Shown piece after piece: positions 1 through 7,981 of a stretch of DNA of 64,000 nt. Position numbers and translations under genes: made by a program. A model generated the notes under the pieces. The model saw only the letters and a list, made by a program, of their open reading frames with translations, ran no database searches and had not been told where the DNA came from. Each line of letters opens with the position of its first letter. Position 1 is the stretch's first letter. This stretch comes from Candidatus Undinarchaeales archaeon (GTDB lineage: Archaea; Undinarchaeota; Undinarchaeia; Undinarchaeales; JALTGF01), in contig JAWOEA010000004.1 of assembly GCA_046483005.1 (NCBI GenBank), forward strand, positions 23,323 to 87,322. The letters are read 5' to 3'.

Positions 1-95
1 GTATACGGAAGGGTTTTTTTTCTTTTTCAGTAGTTTTTTTAATTCGGATTCTTTTACTACTTCAATTATGTTTCTTGTTATTAAGTCAATTTTTT

Positions 96-259
96 TCATT
101 CTTTTGTGATTAATTCTGAAATTCCGCAGTTATTGCATTTTATTTTGTATTCGAATTTTTCGCCTGTAACTTTTTGAAGTGCTTTCTTTTTTCTTTCATC
201 TATTTCTGCAACTTTCAGATCCTCTGAACCGCAGAGAGAGCATTTTTTTGGTTTCTTTG
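96..259 (-). CDS. small zinc-ribbon protein (about 54 aa, CxxC...CxxC); not in the ORF track
   Basis: Manual translation of the minus strand gives MTKKPKKCSLCGSEDLKVAEIDERKKKALQKVTGEKFEYKIKCNNCGISELITKE. It has two CxxC pairs typical of a Zn ribbon. Confidence 0.3.
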
Positions 260-353
260 TCATACTGGATAATTAATGATTCCTGATTATATAGATTATC
301 CTTTAAGAAGGGAACATCTTTTAAACTTTGAATTGTTAAATTGGTTTAGAATA

Positions 354-938
354 ATGAACGAAAAAACTAAACTAGGACTAATTGCACTGTCACTTATTGC
401 AGTGATTTTCGTAGCAGGATGCGCCGGGGGAACTCCGGAAGGAACTGAAGGAGGAGAAGAAACTACCGGCGGAGAAACTGCAAGCGGAACCGGTTCAGAA
501 TCTGCGGCCAGTTTTGCTGCAGCTATGTCATCCGGAGAAAGCTACAAATGCGTAGTCACTACCACAGATATGGAAGAACTTAATGAAATGACCATCTGGG
601 TTAAAGGCGGAGACGCCAGGGTTGAGTATGCAACAAGTGAAGGAAAAGAATACAACCAGATAAACAAGGACGACACAATCTGGTGGTGGGACCCTCAGGA
701 AAAGACAGGAATAACAAGAACAGTAACTGCTGAAGAAACTGAAGGAGAAGAAGGAACAGGAGAAGAATCAAGCGGATTTGAAACAGAAGAACTTGAAACA
801 AGTTATGAATGGGAATGCACCGCAACTTCAGTCAGCGACAGCAAGTTTAACCCGCCGGACGATGTTGAATTCATAGACATGAGCGAAGGATTCAGCTCCG
901 AAGATGTTGAAACTTTGGCAGAGCAATACGGATCTTAA
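354..938 (+). CDS. secreted or lipoprotein-like acidic Thr/Glu/Gly-rich protein (hypothetical)
   Basis: N-terminal hydrophobic signal (LGLIALSLIAVIFVAGCAGG, lipobox-like Cys), then a low-complexity acidic region. The start is placed at the internal Met (MNEKTK); the ORF-track start at 276 is probably too early. Confidence 0.45.
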   Translation: MNEKTKLGLIALSLIAVIFVAGCAGGTPEGTEGGEETTGGETASGTGSESAASFAAAMSSGESYKCVVTTTDMEELNEMTIWVKGGDARVEYATSEGKEYNQINKDDTIWWWDPQEKTGITRTVTAEETEGEEGTGEESSGFETEELETSYEWECTATSVSDSKFNPPDDVEFIDMSEGFSSEDVETLAEQYGS

Positions 939-1092
939 ACTAAAAAATGGAGGAGAGAAATGCAATCTCCTCTTGTTTTATTTTTATTAGAAAATATTTA
1001 ATTAGAATAGAAAGTATAAACTACAAATAACTCGGCGAACTCAACTACTGTCGCCTCGCGAACGAAGTGAGCGAGTGCGGCACCTGTTTTTA

Positions 1093-1147
1093 CCAGATTT
1101 TTCAGCACAGGGAACCACTTGCATAGGGAACCAATTAAAAAATCTGG
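1093..1147. other. perfect 10-bp stem hairpin (ccagattttt ... aaaaatctgg) whose loop contains a direct repeat agggaacca x2; abuts the tRNA 3' end
   Basis: The inverted repeat is read directly. It lies 3 nt from the 3' end of the minus-strand tRNA. Confidence 0.4.
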
Positions 1148-1149
1148 AG

Positions 1150-1223
1150 TGGGACCGGTGAGATTTGAACTCACGACCACGGCGCCCCGAACGCCGCATC
1201 ACACCAAGCTAGACCACGGTCCC
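1150..1223 (-). tRNA. tRNA-Pro (anticodon CGG), 74 nt, no encoded CCA
   Basis: The reverse complement folds as a cloverleaf. The acceptor stem GGGACCG pairs with CGGTCCC. The T-arm is GTGAG-TTCAAAT-CTCAC. The anticodon stem CGGCG/CGCCG carries the loop TTCGGGG, giving anticodon CGG. Confidence 0.8.
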
Positions 1224-1282
1224 GGAATTGCTGTATAATATGTATGTTGAGGTATAATTAAGTTTTTGAGGATAAATTTTTA

Positions 1283-1858
1283 TTAAATTCCAATGTCCCT
1301 AATAATTTTCTTGATTTCTTTTCCAAATTTATTCATCAATAAATAACCAACATATAATAAAACAAGAATAATAACTACATTTTCAGCAGAAAACCCTTTG
1401 ATTGAAGTTGTTTTAATTAAAAATAAAAATCCAGTAACTGTAAAGAAAATAATTTGGATAACTTTTTCGATATTACTTCCCGTGCTGAGAGGTCCTTTAA
1501 AATGAGCAAAATTACTATGTTTACCTATAGGCCAGAACCAATGAATGCCCATCTTAGTAGAAGAATCAGTTATAAAATGGCTGAGTATTCCAAGGAATAC
1601 TGCTAATGTCCAAACAATATTCTTAGATAGGATAAAAATAAGTCCAGTAATAATTAGCAAAAACCAGATATTATGGCAAACATACCTGTGTCCTCCTAGT
1701 AATTTAAGAGGTTTGCCTATAAGATGAGAAGGGTGATCAATATCCGGAATGAACGCTGCAAATCCAGCCAATAAAATAAAACCAAAATTTAAATCAAAAA
1801 AATAAAAAACTAAGGCTCCAGAAAATAAACCAGCAGATATGTGAGTTAGTAATTTCAT
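1283..1858 (-). CDS. polytopic membrane protein, possibly a membrane-bound metal-dependent hydrolase (DUF457-like)
   Basis: Several TM helices. The PDIDHPSH and H-rich motifs resemble membrane hydrolase families. Weak call. Confidence 0.3.
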   Translation of the reverse strand: MKLLTHISAGLFSGALVFYFFDLNFGFILLAGFAAFIPDIDHPSHLIGKPLKLLGGHRYVCHNIWFLLIITGLIFILSKNIVWTLAVFLGILSHFITDSSTKMGIHWFWPIGKHSNFAHFKGPLSTGSNIEKVIQIIFFTVTGFLFLIKTTSIKGFSAENVVIILVLLYVGYLLMNKFGKEIKKIIRDIGI

Positions 1859-1884
1859 TTTTCTTTAGTTTTATTTCTTAAACC

Positions 1885-2127
1885 TTAAAGCCAACCGGAT
1901 TTTTTCTTTTTCTTCTTTCTCTTGGTGTCTTTTACACGATCGCTTACTGTATAAGTTCTCTTTGCAATTCCTCTTTTCTTTGCCTTCTTTTTGCTGACTC
2001 TCTTCTTTATTTTTCCGTCAAACGGGTCCCTTAAACCAACTGACTTAGTGTTTGTGTAATGATCTACTTTTCCAGTTATTGGATTTCTAACGGCTTTTCT
2101 TTTTGTTTTCTTCTTTTTCTTTGCCAT
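1885..2127 (-). CDS. lysine-rich basic small protein (possible nucleic-acid-binding)
   Basis: MAKKKKKTKRK...KRKKKKKKSGWL, very high Lys content. A TATA-like tttttatat sits about 30 bp upstream of the MAK start. The ORF-track start at 2178 is probably an over-extension. Confidence 0.45.
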   Translation of the reverse strand: MAKKKKKTKRKAVRNPITGKVDHYTNTKSVGLRDPFDGKIKKRVSKKKAKKRGIAKRTYTVSDRVKDTKRKKKKKKSGWL

Positions 2128-2170
2128 TTTCTTGAATAAATATATGTTTTTGAGATATAAAAACCTAACT

Positions 2171-2222
2171 TTTACCACTTACAACCTTCTACCTTCCACC
2201 TACTACCTTCTACCTGCAACCT
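2171..2222. repeat. tandem heptamer pyrimidine tract (about 7 x YYTYYMM, consensus TTCTACC); contains a 30-mer identical to 2755..2784
   Basis: Read directly as tttacca cttacaa ccttcta ccttcca cctacta ccttcta cctgcaa. The exact 30-mer ccttccacctactaccttctacctgcaacc occurs twice in the window. Confidence 0.7.
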
Positions 2223-2694
2223 ATTTCTCAATATGATACCACTTATCACATTTTCGGCAGTATTTGAAAAACTCTCCATTGATTTTTTCGAATTTTGTAT
2301 AAAGTGATCCGTCTTCCGGACAAAACATTTCGCTTTCAGTATCTTCTGCGTCTCTTAGTTCTTTCTTAATTTTCTTCTTTTTCTCCCTGTGTTTTTTCTT
2401 TGCTTTTTTCTTTTGTTTCTTTGTTTTGGGCTTCTTTTTAGCTTTCTTTTTCTTGGTCTTTGTTGCAGTACTTTTACTGCCCATAACTTCATCTAAAGGA
2501 ACATTAGCAGCAACTAAAATTTCAGTCCATGTAATTTCCTTGCTTCTTGCAGCATCGTAATATTTTGCATACTTTGATTTTCTAATTGCTCTTGAAGAAA
2601 CATCTACTCCTTTCTCATATAATTCCCTTATTCTTTCTGCAAGATAAGCTATTCTTTCATAATGCTCTTTTGGATACTTCTCGTACTTTCCCAT
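2221..2694 (-). CDS. hypothetical protein with a central poly-Lys linker and a C-terminal Cys-rich Zn-ribbon
   Basis: The N-terminal helical domain is followed by a KKKKAKKKPKTKKQKKKAKKK linker and then CPEDG...CRKCDKWYH. Confidence 0.45.
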   Translation of the reverse strand: MGKYEKYPKEHYERIAYLAERIRELYEKGVDVSSRAIRKSKYAKYYDAARSKEITWTEILVAANVPLDEVMGSKSTATKTKKKKAKKKPKTKKQKKKAKKKHREKKKKIKKELRDAEDTESEMFCPEDGSLYTKFEKINGEFFKYCRKCDKWYHIEK

Positions 2695-2735
2695 ATCAAA
2701 AGTATAGAGCTGAACATTTATTTAGTTTACTAAGC

Positions 2736-2784
2736 ACTACATTTCCGCCTTCTCCCTTCCACCTACTACCTTCTACCTGCAACC
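2736..2784. repeat. second copy of the tandem heptamer tract (7 x 7 nt), shared 30-mer
   Basis: actacat ttccgcc ttctccc ttccacc tactacc ttctacc tgcaacc. It lies upstream of minus-strand gene 2221..2694 and of polB. Confidence 0.7.
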
Positions 2785-2826
2785 AAACCAAAACCCCTAT
2801 TAATACAAAACACCTACTTTCCAGTT

Positions 2827-5280
2827 ATGGGAGAATACAACTTTTGTCTGCTGGATGTAGATTATATCATAATTGATGAAAAGCCCGTAATTCGAATGTT
2901 CGGCAGAACAGACAAAGGAGAGAGTGTAGTTGCATTTGACCGGACATTTGAGCCTTATTTCTATATAGAATCTGAAAATCCGGAGGAATGCAAAAAGAAG
3001 CTTGAAATCCATGAACCTAATGATTATACGATTAAAAAAACTAAATTAACTGAAAAAATTCTCCTCGGCAAAAAGAAGAAAATGGTTAAAGTTTTTACAA
3101 AAAAACCCGGCGATGTTCCAAAGGCAAGAAGAGATGTAAAAAATATCGACCCTGTCAAAGAAGTTTATGAAGCTCATATTCTTTTTAACAGAAGATATTT
3201 ATTTGACAAAGGGCTCCAGCCGATGACTATGATTAAGGTAAATGGAAAAATAACCAACGATGTAAGGCTTAAAAAGGATACTAAAGCGGACAAATTCATT
3301 GAAATTGAGGGAAACCCAAAAAGCACGGAGAAACCAATTCCAAAATTAAAGGTAATGGCTTTTGATATTGAAGTTTACAATCCAAAAGGGGCTCCAAGAC
3401 CGAAGAAAGATGAAATTATTATGCTCTCATTGAAGTCGGGAGCAGAAGAAAAGGTAATCAGTACAAAAACAGTTGACAAATTTTCAGATAAAATAATTAA
3501 AGTGGATTCTGAACTTGATATTATTAAAAAATTCGAAGAAATTGTAGAAAAAGAGGATATAGACATCTTAGTTGGATACAACACGGACCAGTTCGATCTG
3601 CCGTATATAAGAGACAGGGCGGAGAAGCATAAACATACCTTCAAGCTTGGAAGAACTAATGATAAAATCAAGTTCAAGACGAAAGGAATGTTCGCCGCCG
3701 CTGAAATTAAGGGCAGGGTGCATGTCGATTTATTCCATTATGTTTCATACATCCTTAGAGGTGCTTTAGGAAGTGTAAGTAAGAGGACTCTTTCAAATGT
3801 AGCCCATGTCTTCCTTGATAAAGGAGAAGAAAAAGGAGATATTGACTGGAGAGACATGCCGGAATACTGGAACTCGGACGGCAAAAAACTGGAAACATTT
3901 TTTGAATACTCATTAAATGACGCTGTTATTACTAAACAGCTGTCAGATATTTTCACGCCGAAAATTTATGAAATTGCAAAACTTGTAAAAGTTCCTTTGT
4001 TTGATGCCAACAGAACTTCATACGGACAGTTGGTTGAGAACTATTTAATTTGGAATGCACATGAGAAGGGAGAAGTTGTCCCGAACCGGCCGAAAGAGGC
4101 AGAAAGAGAGAGCAGATATAAAAACGGCTCAATTACAGGGGCTTACGTTCATGAGCCGGAAAAAGGCATGCACGAAGATATTGCACTGCTGGATTTCAGG
4201 TCGCTGTATCCTACAATTATTATTTCGCATAATATTGACCCGGGAACTATTGACTGCAGTTGTTGCAGGGAGACTGCTGAAAGAATTGGAGATACCGGAC
4301 ACTGGTTCTGCGATAAGAGAAAAGGACTGATTCCAACTGTTCTTAATGATATTTTGAATAAGAGAATTAAAATCAAGGAAAAAATGAAAAAACTGGATAA
4401 AGGCAGTCAGGAATATTCTGAATTAGACAATGAACAATATGCTTTGAAAATTCTGGCAAACTCTGCATACGGCTACTTAGCTTACAGAAATGCAAGATGG
4501 TATACAAGAGAGGGAGCTGAATGCGTTACATATCTTGGAAGGATGTATATTAAGAAGATTATGAAAATTGCTGAAAAGAAAGGACTTGATGTCATATATG
4601 GAGACACTGACAGTTTATTTGTTACTACAAAAGAAGGCAAAATAAAGGAGAAACTTCCCGAATTCATGGAAAAAGTCAAGCCGGTTCTCCCCGGAGTTAT
4701 GGAGCTGGAGCTCGAAGGTATTTTCAGAAGAGGCATTTTTGTTTCAAAGAAAAGATACGCTTTAATTGATGATACGGATACAATGAAAATCAAGGGGCTT
4801 GAATTCGTAAGGAAAGACTGGTCCCCTTTAGCAAAAGAAACTCAAAAAAATGTTCTGCAGGCCTTGCTGAAAGACGGTTCTGCTGACAGAGCATTCGAAA
4901 TTGTCAGAAAAGTAATTAAAAAAATAAAATCAGGAGATGTAAAAAAAGAAGACCTTGCAGTTTATACTGAATTGACAAGACCTTTGGATAAATACAAAGT
5001 TACTGCACCCCATATTGCTGTCGGGGAAAGAATGAAGAGAAAAGGCAAGAAAGTAACTACCGGAACTACTGTCGGATATATTATTATGAGAAACGGAGGA
5101 AAAAATATCAGCAGCAGGGCAAGGTCAGTTGAAGAAGCACAACTGAAAAAGTATGACAAGAACTACTATATTAAAAAGCAGATAATTCCAGCCGTTTCAA
5201 GAGTAATGGAAGCTTTAGGTTACGGTGAAGATGAGCTTCTGGGAAAGAAGCAGGAAACACTGGAGGAATACTTTCAATGA
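2827..5280 (+). CDS. polB: family B DNA polymerase
   Basis: 817 aa. The exonuclease motif FDIEV and the polymerase motifs YGDTDS and KILANSAYG are present. The N-terminus is of the LLDVDYI type. Confidence 0.9.
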   Translation: MGEYNFCLLDVDYIIIDEKPVIRMFGRTDKGESVVAFDRTFEPYFYIESENPEECKKKLEIHEPNDYTIKKTKLTEKILLGKKKKMVKVFTKKPGDVPKARRDVKNIDPVKEVYEAHILFNRRYLFDKGLQPMTMIKVNGKITNDVRLKKDTKADKFIEIEGNPKSTEKPIPKLKVMAFDIEVYNPKGAPRPKKDEIIMLSLKSGAEEKVISTKTVDKFSDKIIKVDSELDIIKKFEEIVEKEDIDILVGYNTDQFDLPYIRDRAEKHKHTFKLGRTNDKIKFKTKGMFAAAEIKGRVHVDLFHYVSYILRGALGSVSKRTLSNVAHVFLDKGEEKGDIDWRDMPEYWNSDGKKLETFFEYSLNDAVITKQLSDIFTPKIYEIAKLVKVPLFDANRTSYGQLVENYLIWNAHEKGEVVPNRPKEAERESRYKNGSITGAYVHEPEKGMHEDIALLDFRSLYPTIIISHNIDPGTIDCSCCRETAERIGDTGHWFCDKRKGLIPTVLNDILNKRIKIKEKMKKLDKGSQEYSELDNEQYALKILANSAYGYLAYRNARWYTREGAECVTYLGRMYIKKIMKIAEKKGLDVIYGDTDSLFVTTKEGKIKEKLPEFMEKVKPVLPGVMELELEGIFRRGIFVSKKRYALIDDTDTMKIKGLEFVRKDWSPLAKETQKNVLQALLKDGSADRAFEIVRKVIKKIKSGDVKKEDLAVYTELTRPLDKYKVTAPHIAVGERMKRKGKKVTTGTTVGYIIMRNGGKNISSRARSVEEAQLKKYDKNYYIKKQIIPAVSRVMEALGYGEDELLGKKQETLEEYFQ

Positions 5281-5909
5281 TTAAATGGATTTTCTTTGAT
5301 ATTGACAACACGTTGTATGAATCAAAAAAATTGGCTGAAGAAGCCAGAAAAAATGCAGTAAATGCAATGATATCTGCAGGACTGCCGGTTCAGTCGGTTT
5401 CAGAGACTTACACAAAATTAAAGCAGATAATAGATGAATACGGTCCGAATTATTCAAAACATTTCGATAAGCTTGTTGAACAGTTTGATGTTGCAGAAGA
5501 TAAATACGATATAATCGCTGCAGGAGTTATTGCATATCATAATACTAAATTCGCCATGCTGAAACCCTCATTTGAAATTATAAATACTTTGAAAGAGCTG
5601 AAAAAAGAATATAGATTAGGGATAATTTCAAACGGCAGACCAGTTAAACAAAGAGAAAAATTAATCCGGCTTGACTTGCAGGACTTTTTTGAAGTTGTTG
5701 TAATTTCTGAAGAAATCGGCACTCAAAAACCGAAACCGAAAATATTCAGGACAGCAGTTGAAAATGCGGGCTGCAAACCGGAAGAAGCAGTCATGATAGG
5801 AGACAAAGAATCAGATATGGCAGCTGAAAAAATTGGAATGCATACCATAAATATTAAAGATTTAGAAGACTTTGAACAAATTAAAACAGAGGTTGATGAT
5901 ATTGAATGA
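5277..5909 (+). CDS. HAD-superfamily hydrolase
   Basis: Motif I FFDIDNTL (DxDxT) and motif IV GDKESD are present. It overlaps the polB stop by 4 nt. Confidence 0.7.
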   Translation: MIKWIFFDIDNTLYESKKLAEEARKNAVNAMISAGLPVQSVSETYTKLKQIIDEYGPNYSKHFDKLVEQFDVAEDKYDIIAAGVIAYHNTKFAMLKPSFEIINTLKELKKEYRLGIISNGRPVKQREKLIRLDLQDFFEVVVISEEIGTQKPKPKIFRTAVENAGCKPEEAVMIGDKESDMAAEKIGMHTINIKDLEDFEQIKTEVDDIE

Positions 5910-6456
5910 AAAAATAAAAGAGGCAGTCGAAGCTTTAAAAAATGGAGGAGTCATTGTTTATCCTACAGAGACGGTTTACGGTTTAGGGGCGGATATATTT
6001 AATGAAAAGGCAGTTAAGAAAATTGCAGGAATGAAGGGCTGGAAAGAAAAGAGACCGATTTCAGTTGCATTAAAAGAAGACCAAATTGAAGATTTTGCAG
6101 TTGTTGATGACAATTCACTGGAATTAATTGACAGGCTTCCCGGTCCAATGACACTTGTTTTAAGAAAACAGAATAAAGTTCCAAACTGGATTACAGAAAC
6201 AGATTATGTAGGACTAAGAGTTCCTGAAAGTGAAACTGCAATGCTGCTTGCCGAAAATTTTGGTCCGATTACTTCTACTTCAGCCAATGTCAGCGGGCAG
6301 AAAGCCCCTTATAAAGTTGAAAATATAGATGAACGGATAAAAGAAAAAGCAGATTACATTTTAGATGAAGGAGAAACCAGATATAAGGCTCCGAGTACGG
6401 TAGTTAAGATAAATGATGATATTGAGATACTCAGAGACGGTGTTTTAGAAATATGA
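5899..6456 (+). CDS. tsaC: L-threonylcarbamoyladenylate synthase (YrdC/Sua5/TsaC domain)
   Basis: Carries the classic VYPTETVYGLGAD motif. The start is placed at MILNEK; the ORF-track start at 5872 overlaps the upstream gene. Confidence 0.8.
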   Translation: MLNEKIKEAVEALKNGGVIVYPTETVYGLGADIFNEKAVKKIAGMKGWKEKRPISVALKEDQIEDFAVVDDNSLELIDRLPGPMTLVLRKQNKVPNWITETDYVGLRVPESETAMLLAENFGPITSTSANVSGQKAPYKVENIDERIKEKADYILDEGETRYKAPSTVVKINDDIEILRDGVLEI

Positions 6457-7349
6457 ATTCAGAAGTTTTAAAAAAATACAAGGAAGCAGGAAAAATCTGG
6501 AAGAAGGCTGAAAAGCTCGGGAGAAAACTCGTTAAACCCGGAACAAAAGTCCTGGACATTACTGAAAAAATTGAAGCTTTAATTAGAGAAGAAGGCGGAG
6601 AAATGGCTTTTCCTTTGAATATTGGAATTGATGATGTTGCAGCTCATTTTACTCCTGATTCGGACTGTAAAATTGAAATTAAAGAAGATTCTCTGATAAC
6701 TTTAGATATTGGAGTTCATGTAGACGGATACATTGCTGATGCCGCATTTACATTAAGTATGAGTGAATCAGAAGAACATATGAATTTAATTGAAGCCGCT
6801 GAAAAATCTTTAGAAAATGCAATTGAAGTTGTTAAGCCTGGGGTCAATGTTGAAAAAATAGGAGAAGCTGTTGAAGAAACTATGGAAGAATATAATGTTA
6901 AACCAATTTCAAATTTAACGGGACATAACGTTGATCAGTATTCACTGCATTCAGGACTGACAATTCCAAATGTTAAGAAAAAAGGAGGAACTATAAAGGC
7001 AGGTACTGCAATTGCAATTGAACCTTTTTCTACGAACGGAGCCGGGCAGGTTCATGATGCACAGGAGATTCATATTTATGAGTTTTTGAAAAAGAAAAAT
7101 ATCAGAATGCAGGAAAGCAGGAAAATTCTGCAGATGGCTGAACGTGACTTTAATAAACTGCCTTTTGCAAAAAGATGGCTTGAAAAAAATGTAAGCAGTT
7201 TAAAGTTAAAAATGGCCCTGAAAGAGCTGCTTGATGCCGAAGCATTGTATCAATATCCTGTCTTAAAGGAGAAGGAAAAAGGACTAGTCGCCCAGGCAGA
7301 ACATACTATGATAGTCCAGGAAGACGGAGCTCTTTTAACTACTGCATAA
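6453..7349 (+). CDS. map: methionine aminopeptidase, archaeal type 2
   Basis: 298 aa with the pita-bread fold metal ligands. The size and sequence are typical of archaeal MetAP. Confidence 0.8.
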   Translation: MNSEVLKKYKEAGKIWKKAEKLGRKLVKPGTKVLDITEKIEALIREEGGEMAFPLNIGIDDVAAHFTPDSDCKIEIKEDSLITLDIGVHVDGYIADAAFTLSMSESEEHMNLIEAAEKSLENAIEVVKPGVNVEKIGEAVEETMEEYNVKPISNLTGHNVDQYSLHSGLTIPNVKKKGGTIKAGTAIAIEPFSTNGAGQVHDAQEIHIYEFLKKKNIRMQESRKILQMAERDFNKLPFAKRWLEKNVSSLKLKMALKELLDAEALYQYPVLKEKEKGLVAQAEHTMIVQEDGALLTTA

Positions 7350-7405
7350 TAACCTTTTTAACCTTTAAAACCTTATAATAAGATACAATTTTTTGAGGTG
7401 ATATA

Positions 7406-7918
7406 ATGAATCCAGAAGAGGAAGCACAGAAAAAAGAGGAAGAAAAATCAGAAGACAAACCACAAGAAGAGAATGAAGACAAAGAAATAGAACAAGAGTT
7501 AGAAAAAGAAGACAGACTTCCTTTTGCTAATGCGAGAGTAGTTTCACTCCTGAAGAAAGGACTTGATGAAGATAAAATGGTCCGGTCCAGAGTCAAGAAA
7601 GAAGCAAACGAATGGCTCGGAAAAATGGCTATGAGAGTTGCAAACGACATGAACAAAAGCCCTTATACCATGATTGAAGCAGGAGATCTGCACAGAGCAA
7701 TTAAGAAGTATGAACAGCTCGAAAGAGTCGCAGAGCAGAAAGAGAGGATGGTTCTCGCTTTACAAAGGATCATCGAAGACTGCAAACTTCTTATTTCAGA
7801 TGTAGAAAGAAGTTTTGACATAGATGACGAACTGAAAAGAAAAGATAAACCAGGAAAAACTCTTTCTAAAACAGCAAAAGAAGAACAGGAAGCTGAAAAC
7901 GAAGAATCTGAAGAGTAA
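7406..7918 (+). CDS. histone-fold protein with acidic/Lys-rich N-terminal tail and a C-terminal charged coiled-coil extension
   Basis: The core LPFANARVVSLLKKG...MVRSRVKKEANEWLGKMAMRVANDMNKSPYTMIEAGDLHRAIKKY matches the helix-strand-helix histone-fold pattern. It is flanked by about 45 aa of E/K-rich tail and a 60-aa coiled-coil. Confidence 0.5.
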   Translation: MNPEEEAQKKEEEKSEDKPQEENEDKEIEQELEKEDRLPFANARVVSLLKKGLDEDKMVRSRVKKEANEWLGKMAMRVANDMNKSPYTMIEAGDLHRAIKKYEQLERVAEQKERMVLALQRIIEDCKLLISDVERSFDIDDELKRKDKPGKTLSKTAKEEQEAENEESEE

Positions 7919-7981
7919 AAAAGCGGTTGTAAATCAGCATGTCACATGAAGGGCAGCCGCAGCTCTCTTCTCTTTTTAAAA

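Noticed and set aside
998-1180. 60-aa ORF overlapping the tRNA-Pro and the GC-rich island
   Set aside because: It overlaps a well-folded tRNA and a hairpin, and it has no start or promoter context.
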